This document shows, one piece after another, positions 36,449-47,496 of a stretch of DNA of 64,000 bases. The stretch's first letter is position 1; every line of letters starts with the position of its first letter. The notes under the pieces are model-generated. The model searched no databases and was not told where the DNA came from. It was given only the letters and a program-made list of their open reading frames with translations. Source of the stretch: an uncultured Alphaproteobacteria bacterium (GTDB lineage: Bacteria > Pseudomonadota > Alphaproteobacteria > Rhizobiales > Beijerinckiaceae); NCBI GenBank assembly GCA_963756955.1, contig CAVWPU010000009.1:32434-96433 (forward strand), read 5' to 3'. Made by a program: the position numbers and the translations under genes.

Positions 36449-38206
36449 TCAGAATCGATTCCCCAGCGCACGGTCCAAGGCGCAAAAGTAGCGCCGGCGT
36501 CGCCGCACAGCCAAAACGGCTTGAATTCGATCGCCGGAAACTCGACGGGGCTGGACGAGAGATTGGCGTCGAGAACCAGCCTGCGGTCGCCAGCCTGCCA
36601 ACTAACGCGCACGGCTTGCTCACCCACCACGAGCGCCTCGCCTCCATGCCGAATGGAAGGCAGCAACGGCTGCACAAACTCGCGGCGCGCCTTCAACAGC
36701 GCGCGATAAGTAGGCGAGATGCGTCTCGTCGATCAGGTTCCAGTCGAGCTTGGACGCAAAGGAACGTCGACTGAGCGCAAGGATCGGGAATCTTCGCGAC
36801 CTGTTCTCGGATCGGCAAACTCGGGGAAACGTGAGAATTCCTCGCGCCGGCCTTTTCTCACGGCCTCCGCCAGCTCTCCGCTGAAGTCGCAGAAAAAGAG
36901 GAACGGCTCCGTCGCGCCCCATTCCTCGCCCATGAACAGCATCGGGATCTGAGGCGCGAGCAGGTAGACGCTCGCAAGCGCGCGGATGGCCTCCGCGAGG
37001 CGCCAAGAGCATTCAGCCGTTCGCCAAACGCGCGATTGCCGATCTGGTCGTGATTTTGGATGAAGGACACGAAGGCGGTCGGCGGCAAATGCGCGCTCGG
37101 ACCGCCGCGCGGCGCATTCCGATAAGGCATCATCTCGCCCTGATAGGCGAAGCCCTCGGCGATGGTCTTGCCCAGCAGCTCCGTCGAGCCGTAGGCGGCG
37201 TAATAGCCGCTGCTCTCATGCGTGGCGGCGACATGGAGAACATGATGGATGTCGTCGTTCCATTGCGCGGTGTAGAGATTGGCCTTGTCAGCCGTGGCGC
37301 GTCAGTCGCTGCGGCTCGTTGTCCTCGTTTTCCAGGAGGAGATGGATGGGCCGCGAGAATCGCGCACGAAGGCGCGTGGCGAGTTCGTCGAGCAGATCAG
37401 GCCGCGAGTCATCCTTGATGGCGTGGACGGCGTCGAAGCGCAGCCCGTCAAGATGAAACTCCTCGATCCAATATTCGGCGTTCTCGATGAAGAAGTCGCG
37501 CACGGGCCGCGAGTTGGGTCCGTCAAGCTGGATCGCGTCGCCCCAAGGCGTCTTGTGCCGGCTCGTGAAGAAATCGGGCGCATAGAGCGGAAGGAAATTT
37601 CCTTCGGGACCGAAGTGGTTGTAGACGACGTCGAGCAGCACCGCGATGCCGCGCTGGTGCGCCGCCTCGACAAAGGCCTTGAAGTCTTCCGGTCGTCCGT
37701 AGCTCGCGTCCGGAGCGTACGGAAAGGCGCCGTCATAGCCCCAGTTCCAACGGCCCTTGAAGTCGCTGACCGGCATGATCTCGATCGCCGTCACCCCGAC
37801 GTCTGCGAGGTGGTCCAGCTTAAGAGCGGCGCCCGCAAACGTGCCCTCGGGTGAAAAAGCGCCGAGATGGAGTTCGTAAAGCACCACGTCATCCCATTTG
37901 CGGCCCGCCCAGGACTCGCGCCAGCGATATGTGCCGGGATCTATCGCCTCGCTCGGGCCGTTGACGTCATCGGGCTGAAAGCGAGACGCCGGATCCGGGA
38001 CGTGTTGTCCGCTCGACAGCGCAAACCTGTAACGTGCGCCCGCCGACAAGCCGTCTACAAAGACCTCGAAAAAGCCGTCGTCCGCAGCGCTCCATCGCGA
38101 CGGGATCGCGACCCTCGACCACCAGCGCGATCTGCTTTTCCTTCGGCGCCCAAAGACGAAATCGTATCCCGTCATCCTCGAATGACGGGCCGTGCGTCCA
38201 TTTCAA
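36445..38206 (-). CDS. treZ: malto-oligosyltrehalose trehalohydrolase (several frameshifts)
   Basis: RFRLWAP, PDPASRFQP, NWGYDG, LDVVYNHFGPEGN, GLRFDAVHAI, IQNHDQIGNR, MLFMGEEW. Confidence 0.92.
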
Positions 38207-38256
38207 AACGTCTTCCGCCACTTTCGAGGGGTCGCGACCACAATTCCAACTAAGTA

Positions 38257-38282
38257 AACAGACGCCCGCGCCCGAGAGTTCC
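38257..38282 (-). promoter_or_regulatory. EcfG-type promoter (treZ-treY)
   Basis: Minus strand GGAAC-N17-TGTT, ~50 nt upstream of the treZ start. Confidence 0.45.
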
Positions 38283-38436
38283 AACAGTCAGCGCAAAACC
38301 GCCAGGGATCTCACCACTGAAAACCGCGCAGCGGTTCCATTGAGCAGGCGGCGCTCACAACCCGATGGGCTCGAGACTACGGCACGATCAAAACCCGGCG
38401 CGACGGAAACCTGTCTGCCTAAAAGTCAGACCATCT

Positions 38437-38461
38437 GGAACAAAAAAAGGCGAGCCAGGTT
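38437..38461 (+). promoter_or_regulatory. EcfG-type promoter (microprotein and membrane protein)
   Basis: GGAAC-N16-GGTT, 40 nt upstream of 38502. Confidence 0.5.
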
Positions 38462-38501
38462 TTAGCCGCACCGATTTGTCGGTTACGCTTAGGAGGGTAA
38501 T

Positions 38502-38579
38502 TTGGGCCGCGGAATTTTGCTTTGGCTTCTTGGTGTGCCGATTCCGATCATCATCCTGATCGCGCTTCTTTACCACTAG
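38502..38579 (+). CDS. 25-aa single-pass membrane microprotein
   Basis: Perfect Shine-Dalgarno AGGAGG at 38491, TTG start, MGRGILLWLLGVPIPIIILIALLYH*. Too short for the ORF track. Confidence 0.7.
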   Translation: MGRGILLWLLGVPIPIIILIALLYH

Positions 38580-38652
38580 GTCCCTCGATCCAGAAGAACG
38601 ACCAACCGGCTATCGGCCGGTTGGGTTTTGACGCGCATACAAAGGCTCAACC

Positions 38653-39562
38653 ATGACAGAGGCGACAATCGTCAGCCGCACACCCTTATCAACATTGACA
38701 GCCGATGGGACCGCCTCTGGCGTGTCGTGGGCGGCCGTTATCGCCGGCGCATTTGTCGCTTCGGCTTTTTCGCTCGCATTGGTTGCGCTTGGAGCGGGCA
38801 TCGGCCTCGTGTCGATTTCGCCGTGGTCCAGCAACAATCCGTCCGCGACGACCTTTGGCGTTCTTGCGGCAGCGTGGTTCATCGCGGTCCAGCTATTCGC
38901 CTCGGGCATCGGAGGCTATATAGCCGGGCGTCTAAGGACTGGCTGGGCGCGCGCACACACCGATGAGGTTTTTTTTCGCGATACCGCGCACGGCTTATTG
39001 GTTTGGGCGCTAGGCGCGGTGGTCAGCGCTGCCTTAATCGCTTCCGCCGCAAGCTCTGCGGTTAGTGGAGCCGCGCGCCTTGCTGGCGCGGCGACCGAAG
39101 CGGCGGCGCGCAACCGGGCAAGCGGCTGGCCAGGCGACATCAACTCTTGGCGATCCGACGGCCTATTTCAGCGATATGCTCCTGCGTAGCGATCACCCTT
39201 CTCAGGGCGACACAGGCGCCGCGTCGGCAGAGGCCGCCCGCATTCTGACCCGCGCCGTCTACTCCGGCGATCTCCCGGCTGCGGACAAAACCTATCTCGC
39301 TCAACTCGTTGCGAGCCGGACGGGTGTGAGCCAACCGGATGCGGAGAAGCGCGTGGGCGATGTTTTCGACCAGGCCAAAAATGTAAAGGAGCAAGCCGCG
39401 CAAAAGGCCAAAGAGGCCGCTGATGCTGCACGCAAAACGGGAGTTTCCGTGGCGCTTTGGGCCTTCATCTCGCTTTTGGTAGGCGCCCTCTCCGCAAGCT
39501 ATATGGCGACGGTTGGCGGGCGACAGCGGGACGAAGCGCCACTGTCCGATCTCGTTCGATAG
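38653..39562 (+). CDS. conserved multi-pass membrane protein (frameshift ~39110)
   Basis: SGVSWAAVIAGA, GGYIAGRLR, DEVFFRDTAHGLLVWA, YLAQLVASRTG, GGRQRD. Confidence 0.75.
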
Positions 39563-39588
39563 CCGATAAGTCCATTAAGATATAACGG

Positions 39589-39622
39589 CGGAGCTGCTCG
39601 CGTTTTGTTGAGAGCAGCTCCG
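39589..39622. terminator. 11-bp hairpin after the membrane-protein gene, possible terminator
   Basis: CGGAGCTGCTC / GAGCAGCTCCG; no strong U-tract. Confidence 0.35.
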
Positions 39623-39731
39623 AACGCTTTCATCCTTCCCAAAGCGGCCGCTTTTTTCTAAGCTGCGCCATCTCAATTGCCTCAACCCTTGCGCCTCCCG
39701 CGTGCGCGGCGCATCCCCGGGAGCGTTTGAA

Positions 39732-42700
39732 ATGGAATTGAGTCGTCGCGGATTCATCAAGATCACCGCAGCGGGACTTGCCGCATCGAGCCTGGGCGCT
39801 CTCGGCTTCGGCGGGGCCGGGGAAGCGCTCGCCGCATCCGTCCGGCCATTCAAGCTGACGGCGGCGACCGAGACGCGGAACACCTGCACCTATTGCTCGG
39901 TCGCCTGCGGCATTCTGATCTACAGCCTCGGCGACAAAGCCAAGAACGCGATATCCGACATCACCCATATCGAGGGCGATCCGGACCATCCCGTCAATCG
40001 CGGCACGCTGTGCCCGAAGGGATCGGCGCTGCTCGACATCGTCCATGCGCCGACGCGGCTCAAGGTTCCGCAAATACCGCGCGCCCGGGAACTAACGAAT
40101 TCAAGGAAGTCTCCTGGGACTTCGCGCTCGATCGAATCGCGACGCTGATGAAGGAGGATAGGGACAAAAACTTCATCGCGCGAAACAAAGACGGGACGAC
40201 AGTCAATCGCTGGCTGTCGACTGGCATGCTCGCGGCGTCCGCGTCTTCCAACGAGACATCCTACGTGACCTGGAAGGTGGCTCGAGCCTCGGCATGGTGG
40301 TCTTCGACAACCAGGCGCGCGTCTGACACGGACCGACGGTGGCCAGTTTGGCCCCATCATTCGGTCGTGGCGCGATGACCAACACCTGGCAGGACATCAA
40401 GAACGCCAACGTCATCGTAGTCATGGGCGGCAATGCCGCCGAAGCCCATCCGTGCGGTTTCAAATGGGTGATCGAGGCGAAGATCGAGAACGGCGCGAAG
40501 CTCGTCGTCATCGATCCGCGTTTCACGCGCACGGCGTCGGTCGCCGACGTCTATGCGCCGATTAGGCCGGGCGCCGACATCGCGTTCTTGAGCGGCGTCA
40601 TCCGCTATCTGCTCGAGAAGGACAAGATTCAGCACGAGTACGTGCGCGCCTACACCAACGCCAGCCTCATCGTGAAAGAGGGCTTCGGTTTCGAGGACGG
40701 TCTCTTCACCGGATATGACGAAGAGAAACGCGTTTACGACAAAGAGACCTGGGACTATGACAAGGACGATCAGGGCTTCGCCAAGATCGACGACACCTGG
40801 CAAAATCCCAACTGCGTCATCAACCTTCTGCGCAAACACGTCGATCGCTACACGCCAGAAATGGTGTCGCGCATCTGCGGCACGCCGCAGGACAAGTTCC
40901 TGCAGATCTGCGCGCTGTTCGCTTCGTGCTCCGCTCCGGACAAAGCGCTCACGAGCCTGTTCGCGCTCGGCTGGACGCAGCATTCCGTCGGCGCCCAGAA
41001 CATCCGCACCATGGCGATGGTGCAGCTGCTTCTGGGCAACATTGGCGTTGCTGGCGGCGGCATGAATGCGCTCCGCGGCCATTCCAACATCCAAGGGCTG
41101 ACCGACGTCGGGCTCCTGTCGAACGCGATGCCCGGCTATCTCACCCTGGGGCGCGACACCAACGTAACCTTCGACGATTACATGAAGACCCGGCTCTTCA
41201 AGCCGATGCGCCCGGGCCAGGTCAGCTACTGGCAAAACTACAGGAAGTTCTTCGTGAGCTTCCAGAAGGCGATCTACGGCAAGGCCGCGACCGCGGACAA
41301 CGACTGGGCCTATGATTGGCTGCCGAAGCTCGACATCCCGCTTTACGACATCATCGCCGCCTTCGAGATGATGGATAAGGGCGAGATCAACGGCTACATC
41401 TGCCAGGGCTTCAACCCCCTTCAGGCCTTCCCCGACAAGGGCAAGATCCGCCGCTCGTTGGCTAAGCTCAAATATCTCGTCGTGATGGATCCGCTCGATA
41501 CGGAGACCTCGCGCTTCTGGGAGAATTTCGGGCCGCAGAATCCGTCCAACCCGGCGAGCATCCAGACGGAAGTGTTCCAGCTTCCGACCACATGCTTCGC
41601 CGAAGAGAATGGCGCGCTCGTCAATTCGGCGCGCTGGCTGCAATGGCACTGGAAAGCGGCGCCGCCGCCGGGGCAGGCGCGGTCGGATATCTTCATCATG
41701 GCCGGCATCTTCCTCCGCCTGCGCGAAATGTATCGCAAGGACGGCGGCGCGTTCCCTGATCCACTCCTCAATCTGACTTGGGATTACATCGATCCAACCG
41801 ATCCCGATCCTGAGGAAATGGCCAAGGAGATGAATGGCCGCGCGCTCGCCGACCTCAAGGACGCGAGCGGCCAGACGCTCGTCAAGGCCGGGCAGCAGCT
41901 CGACGGGTTCGCGCAATTGCGCGATGACGGCACGACCATGTCGGGGTGCTGGATCTTCTCGGGCAGCTACACCGAGAAGGGCAACCAGATGGCGCGGCGC
42001 GACGCGAGCGATCCGCGCGAAGCGGGCATTGCGCCGAACTGGGCGTGGGCGTGGCCAGCCAATCGGCGCATCCTCTACAATCGCGCCAGCGCCGACCCGG
42101 CGGGCAAGCCGTGGAACCCGGCGAAGTCGATCATCGAATGGAACGGCAGCAAGTGGGTCGGCCTGGACGTGCCGGACTATACGGCCGCCGCGCCCTCCGA
42201 GAATGTTGGCCCCTTCATCATGAACGGCGAGGGCATGGGGCGCCTGTTCGCCCTCGATCAGATGGTCGAGGGGCCGTTCCCGGAACATTACGAGCCGTTC
42301 GAAAGCCCTTCCGAAAACGTGCTGCATCCGAAGGTGCGCAACAATCCGGCGGCGCGCGTCTATGCCGACGACCGGAAGAACTTCGGCGCCGCCGCCGACT
42401 TCCCCTATGTCGGAACGACCTACCGCCTCACCGAGCATTTCCACTACTGGACCAAGCACGCGCTTGATCAACGCGATCCTCCAGCCGGAGGAATTCGTCG
42501 AGATCGGGGAAGCCTTGGCGAAGGAGAAGGGCATCGAGCAGGGCGGCTGGGTGCGGGTCTTCGTCCAAGCGCGGCGCGATCGTCTGCAAGGCCTATGTGA
42601 CGAAGCGCATCAAGCCGATGACTGTCGACGGCAAGCCGACGCATGTGATCGGCGTGCCCTTGCATTGGGGCTTCACCGGCCAGGCGCGCAAGGGCTATGG

Positions 42701-42803
42701 CGCGAACACGCTGACGCCTTCGGTCGGCGACGCCAATACGCAGACGCCGGAGTTCAAGGCGTTCCTCGTCAATGTCGAGAAGGTCGCGGCGCCTGTGGCG
42801 TAG
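39732..42803 (+). CDS. fdnG: formate dehydrogenase-N/O alpha subunit, selenoprotein (Sec UGA at 40324-40326; several indels)
   Basis: Tat motif SRRGFIK, CTYCSVAC and LCPKG, NQARV-TGA-HGPTVASLAPSFGRGAMTN, ALRGHSNIQG, TTYRLTEHFHYWT. Confidence 0.95.
40327..40369 (+). promoter_or_regulatory. bacterial SECIS element
   Basis: Directly 3' of the UGA: lower stem CACGGACCGA/TCGGTCGTG and apical GGCCA-GTT-TGGCC hairpin starting ~14 nt after the UGA. Confidence 0.85.
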
Positions 42804-42815
42804 AGGAACTGAGCC

Positions 42816-43743
42816 ATGTCCAATCTGCAGTCGCAGGACTACATCCGCATCTCGGCCACGACGATCACGCCGCCGTCAGTGCGTCGGCATGAGCAGGAAG
42901 TCGCCAAGCTCATCGACGTCACGCGCTGCATCGGCTGCAAGGCCTGCCAATCGGCCTGCATGGAATGGAACGACCTGCGCGGCGAGATCGGTCATTTCGA
43001 GGGCACGTACGACAACCCGCTCGATCTCGATCCCAACACCTGGACGCTGATGCGTTTCACGGAATGGGACAACGATCAGGGCAACCTCGAATGGCTGATC
43101 CGCAAGGACGGCTGCATGCATTGCGAGGATCCAGGCTGTCTCAAGGCCTGCCCGGCGCCCGGCGCGATCGTGCAATACGCCAACGGCATCGTCGATTTCA
43201 TCAGCGAGAACTGCATCGGCTGCGGCTATTGCATCAAGGGCTGCCCGTTCGACGTTCCCCGCGTCAGCAAGATCGATCATAAATCTTACAAGTGCACGCT
43301 CTGCTCCGACCGCGTCGCGGTTGGCAAAGAGCCGGCTTGCGTGAAAGCCTGCCCGACCGGCGCGATCATGTTCGGCTCGAAGACTGACATGACGCATTGG
43401 GCGGGCGAGCGCGTCGATCGATCTCAAATCGCGCGGCTTTGAGAATGCGGGCCTCTACGATCCGCAGGGCGTCGGCGGCACGCATGTGATGTACGTGCTC
43501 CATCACGCCGATCGTCCGTCGCTCTATGCCGGGCTGCCCGACAACCCGAAGATCGATCCGCTTGTTCAAATCTGGAAGGGTGTGTTGAAGCCGCTGGCTT
43601 TGGCTGGCGTCGCGCTCGCCGCCGTCGCCGGATTTTTCCACTGGATCACCGCCGGGCCAAACGAAGTGCAGCCCGAGGACGACATCGCCGCGGCGAAGCT
43701 CATTCGGGACTCGGAACGCAAAGTCACGAGCGAGGCCACATGA
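42816..43743 (+). CDS. fdnH: formate dehydrogenase iron-sulfur beta subunit (frameshift ~43420)
   Basis: [37 protein letters not shown]; C-terminal transmembrane helix and GPNE. Confidence 0.93.
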
Positions 43744-44408
43744 GCTATCCGCGCGGGACGATCATTCGCAATACGACGGCGGCGCGGATCAATCACTGGA
43801 TCACCGCCGCCTGCTTCATTCTTTTGTTCCTTTCCGGCCTGTCGATGTTCCACCCGCTCTTGTCGTTTCTCGCTTTGCTGTTCGGCAGCGGGCAATGGGC
43901 GCGGGCGATTCATCCATGGATCGGCTGCGTGCTCCTGGTGAGTTACGCCGGCCTCATCGTGCAATTCTGGCGCGACAATTTCTGGAACCGGGACGACATC
44001 GCGTGGATGGCCGCGATCGTGCGCGTTCTGCGCAACGAGGAAGAAGGCGTTCCTGAAGTCGGGCGATTCAACGCCGGCCAGAAATTCGTGTTCTGGTCGA
44101 TGGCGCTTCTGGTGCCCGCATTGTTCTTCACGGGGCTCGTCATCTGGGAAGTTTATTTCGGCGACGCCACGACGATCGAAACGCAGAGGGCCGCGGCGCT
44201 CATCCACAGCTATGCGGCGATCGCGGCGATCATCATCTGGATCACCCACGTCTATGCGGCGATCTGGGTGCGCGGCTCGATGCGCGGAATGACGCAAGGC
44301 TATGTGACCCCCGGCTGGGCGTGGCGGCACCACCGCAAATGGCTGAAAAGCCTCGTGGCGACGGGATCGAAAGGTCCCCGCCCTCGGCGCGCGGCTGAGG
44401 GTTCATGA
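43740..44408 (+). CDS. fdnI: formate dehydrogenase cytochrome b556 gamma subunit
   Basis: RINHW, IHPWIG, GRFNAGQK, four transmembrane helices with His ligands, WAWRHHRKW. Confidence 0.93.
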   Translation: MSYPRGTIIRNTTAARINHWITAACFILLFLSGLSMFHPLLSFLALLFGSGQWARAIHPWIGCVLLVSYAGLIVQFWRDNFWNRDDIAWMAAIVRVLRNEEEGVPEVGRFNAGQKFVFWSMALLVPALFFTGLVIWEVYFGDATTIETQRAAALIHSYAAIAAIIIWITHVYAAIWVRGSMRGMTQGYVTPGWAWRHHRKWLKSLVATGSKGPRPRRAAEGS

Positions 44409-45331
44409 GGCAAGGCGAGACCGCGCCGAAAGGCAATTGGATCGGCAGCCCGACGGGCGGTGTCAAAGCGCCGGAGCCGATCCTGCTTCCCGATCCGGCA
44501 CTCCGCTTCGCGCGCACGGCGGAGCGGCTCGAGCGTTTGTCGAACGGCCACCCGATGGAAGGATGGCTGGACTTCCTGGCGAAGCTCGCGCGCGCCCAGC
44601 ATCATGTCGCAACGATGCTCCCGCCTGGGGCCGCGCCCGACGAAGCGATGGTGGAGCAGGCGGTCGCCGCGCGCATTCCGCCCATGGCGGCCGATGGCCA
44701 TCGGCGTGATCCGGCATGGCGTGACGGTCTCGCGCTGCTGCTCGATACCGTCGCCGAGGGGTTGCCGTTTCCGGCGGCTGTGGTTGCGACGGAGTTGCGC
44801 GCCCGCAGCGCCAACTCGACCGAGGCCTTGGCTGACGCGTTCCTGCGTGGCGGCATTGATGAGAAGGACGCGGGCCCGAGTTTCTGGATCGCCGCAGCAT
44901 TGCAGGTGTACTTCACCCGTCTTGTCGCCCGCCTTCCGGCGCCCGCGCTGCGGTTGCTCGAGCAGCGGGCGCTATGCCCCTGTTGCGGCTCGTCGCCGTC
45001 AGCGAGCTTTGTCACTGGCGCCGGGCAAAATCCCGGCGCGCGCTACCTCTATTGCTCGCTCTGCTCCACGGCCTGGAATTATTCGCGCGCGGTCTGCGTC
45101 GCCTGCGGGGGCTCGCGAACGCTTTCGATCCGGGGAATCGAAGGCGATGCCGGCGTCGTGAAGGCCGAGACCTGCGACGAGTGCGGGACCTATTCGAAGA
45201 TGGCCTATCAGGCCAAGGACATGCAGGCTGACCCTTACGCCGATGACTTCGCCACGCTCGGACTCGATGTCATGATCGGCGAAGCCGGCTGGTCGCGCCA
45301 CGCGCCCAATCCGCTGCTGCTGGTCGGCTAG
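44405..45331 (+). CDS. fdhE: formate dehydrogenase accessory protein FdhE
   Basis: AALQVYF, CPCCG, RYLYCSLCSTAW, CVACG, AETCDECGTYSK, PYADDFATLGLD. Confidence 0.93.
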   Translation: MRQGETAPKGNWIGSPTGGVKAPEPILLPDPALRFARTAERLERLSNGHPMEGWLDFLAKLARAQHHVATMLPPGAAPDEAMVEQAVAARIPPMAADGHRRDPAWRDGLALLLDTVAEGLPFPAAVVATELRARSANSTEALADAFLRGGIDEKDAGPSFWIAAALQVYFTRLVARLPAPALRLLEQRALCPCCGSSPSASFVTGAGQNPGARYLYCSLCSTAWNYSRAVCVACGGSRTLSIRGIEGDAGVVKAETCDECGTYSKMAYQAKDMQADPYADDFATLGLDVMIGEAGWSRHAPNPLLLVG

Positions 45332-45505
45332 CCGGGGACGAACGGTGGGTTCTGGTCACGATATGATTGAATTAGCGCGGATTCAACGCCACGCTCGTGC
45401 AAAGGCCATCCAAAATGGTTGTTTTAGATCCAATAAGCTGATCATTACATCGCCTTTCCCGCAATGTCCGTCCGGTCTAAGCTTGAGCGAGGAGCCGTGA
45501 GCGCG

Positions 45506-46375
45506 ATGCTGAGCTGGCAAGTGGGGCGGGTGACGATTACCCGCATCGTCGAGATGGATTTGCCGGTTCCGGCCACAGTCATCCCGCAGGCCACGCCCGC
45601 GGAACTGCGCAAGTCGGCGTGGCTCTATCCTCACTTCGTCAGCGAGGACAATTCCACCCTAAACCTCAGCGTCCACGCGCTTTTGGTCGAGGCGCCGGGG
45701 CTGAAGCTTATCGTCGACACCGGCGTCGGCAACGACCGGCCACGCGAGATCACTGGCGGTGAGCCCCTGGCGACGCCGTTCCTGCAGCATCTTGGTAATG
45801 CCGGCTGGTCGCGCGACGGAGTCGACGCCGTGGTGTGCACGCACCTGCATGTCGACCACGTCGGCTGGAACACGATGCTCGAGAACGGCAAGTGGACGCC
45901 GACTTTCCCGCGGGCGCGCTACCTCATCGGCCGGTGCGAATACGAGTTCTGGAAAGCCAATGACGACCGGGAGCAGCAGGCGATGCTCGGCGATAGCGTC
46001 AAGCCGATCTTCGACGCGGGCGTCGTCGAGCTGGTGGAGATGGACCAAGTGGTTTCGCCGGAGATTCGGCTCACGCCCTCTCCCGGCCACACGCCGGGCC
46101 ATGTCAGCGTGATCATCGAGTCCGAGGCCGAGCGGGCGGTGATCACGGGCGACATGGCCCACCACCCCTGCCAGCTGGCGCACCCCGATTGGTCTTTCGC
46201 CGACAGCGACCGGAAGGCCGCAGTGCTGACGCGCTCGCGTCTCTTCGCCGAGTGGGCGGATCAGCCGACCCTGGTCATCGGCTCCCACTTCCCCGCCCCC
46301 ACCGCCGGCCACGTCATCCGGGACGGCGAAACGTTCAGGTTTGCGGTGCGAGGGCCAAACGGCTCAGTATGTTGA
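45506..46375 (+). CDS. MBL-fold metallo-hydrolase
   Basis: VDTGVG, THLHVDHVGWN, PGHTPGH, ITGDMAH, GSHF. Confidence 0.9.
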   Translation: MLSWQVGRVTITRIVEMDLPVPATVIPQATPAELRKSAWLYPHFVSEDNSTLNLSVHALLVEAPGLKLIVDTGVGNDRPREITGGEPLATPFLQHLGNAGWSRDGVDAVVCTHLHVDHVGWNTMLENGKWTPTFPRARYLIGRCEYEFWKANDDREQQAMLGDSVKPIFDAGVVELVEMDQVVSPEIRLTPSPGHTPGHVSVIIESEAERAVITGDMAHHPCQLAHPDWSFADSDRKAAVLTRSRLFAEWADQPTLVIGSHFPAPTAGHVIRDGETFRFAVRGPNGSVC

Positions 46376-46668
46376 CAAATTCAGAAATACCTGATATATA
46401 ATTTTGTTGACCAAGATTAGACGGTGATGAGAGCCGAGTGTATGTGGGATGTGTATGTGGGACACGGTGACCGTGTCTGCGAGAGCGTTTGAGCACAACC
46501 TCTCCAGCGAGTTTCAGCGGGTGGGCAAGCGGCCCGAAATTTTCTTGTTGGCGATTATCCCGCACTTGACATAATGGTCTCAATGATCATAAGGCGTGAT
46601 TGACAGGCCGGCGCGTTGAAGACTCTTCGAGGGCGTTTGTGGTTCAATCCGCCGTCGAGAGGATCACA

Positions 46669-47034
46669 ATGCCCAAGGAAGATACGGAGCCAAATGTCCC
46701 ACCAGAAACAAGCGGGGCATCGTCCGAACTAATTCCCGCGACGGGATTCCCGCCTCAAGAGGTTCTTACCGTCTTTGCAGACGGGGTGGCGAATATAGCG
46801 CCAAGTCAAAACATGATTAAATTCTACCTATACCGCACTGACCCAGATATATCTGGGGCCTCAAGGTATAGAAATTCCATTTCGGCACAAATTGTTATGC
46901 CAATGGATGGATTTATATCGTCTGTTGCGTTCCTCCATACAGCGCTTGCGAGGCTAGTCGCCCAAGGTATTTTAAAAAAAGAATTAGTTGACAGTATTTA
47001 CTCTCAGTCAGCTGATAATCTCTCAAAAAAATGA
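46669..47034 (+). CDS. hypothetical protein, passenger 1 of the IS1595 element
   Basis: Low-GC intact ORF with Shine-Dalgarno GAGG; stop overlaps the next ATG. Confidence 0.6.
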   Translation: MPKEDTEPNVPPETSGASSELIPATGFPPQEVLTVFADGVANIAPSQNMIKFYLYRTDPDISGASRYRNSISAQIVMPMDGFISSVAFLHTALARLVAQGILKKELVDSIYSQSADNLSKK

Positions 47035-47495
47035 GCGGGACTGTATTGTCATTCCCGCAGTCACAGAGCATTGCGAGTAAAGGTCCGACGTTTGCCGCGA
47101 AAATAGATGTGACTGAGAAGAATTTAAATATTCAGGCGCCTGAGGTGAATTTACGACAAGCCAGATTTGGGCATAACGGTGGACGCGCGATGGCTGATAT
47201 AACTAGAGAAGAAATAAAAGCTCAGATTGACGCTTCTGAGGCTAGAACAGAGATAAAAATTGTCAGGCTAGAGTCAAAGATAGACTTAGTCTTATCTAAA
47301 TTGGACTCGGCTAAGGCCGATAATAGTATAATAAGAACAAATCAATGGGTAATAGCCTTTGGGTTGGCTTTGCTAATTGTTGCTGTAGTCACTCTATTCC
47401 CTGTATTCTTCGGTATCGGGGCTCAGGTAAGAGATATGGTAGACAGTTCTGTGCAATCACATCTACAAAAATCGGATAGCCCACCAAAAAACTAG
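47031..47495 (+). CDS. hypothetical coiled-coil plus C-terminal transmembrane protein, passenger 2 (alternative start 47190)
   Basis: MADITREEIKAQIDASEARTEIKIVRLESKID followed by the hydrophobic segment WVIAFGLALLIVAVVTLFPVFFGIG. Confidence 0.6.
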   Translation: MSGTVLSFPQSQSIASKGPTFAAKIDVTEKNLNIQAPEVNLRQARFGHNGGRAMADITREEIKAQIDASEARTEIKIVRLESKIDLVLSKLDSAKADNSIIRTNQWVIAFGLALLIVAVVTLFPVFFGIGAQVRDMVDSSVQSHLQKSDSPPKN

Positions 47496-47496
47496 T

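Noticed and set aside
40357-42534. Long antisense ORFs (also 34898-36709, 58659-59924, 5380-6522)
   Set aside because: Shadow frames of high-GC genes with no recognisable motifs.
46439-46463. Direct repeat GTGTATGTGGGA x2, possible integrase arm-type site
   Set aside because: Only two short copies, with no nearby intact integrase or core att site.
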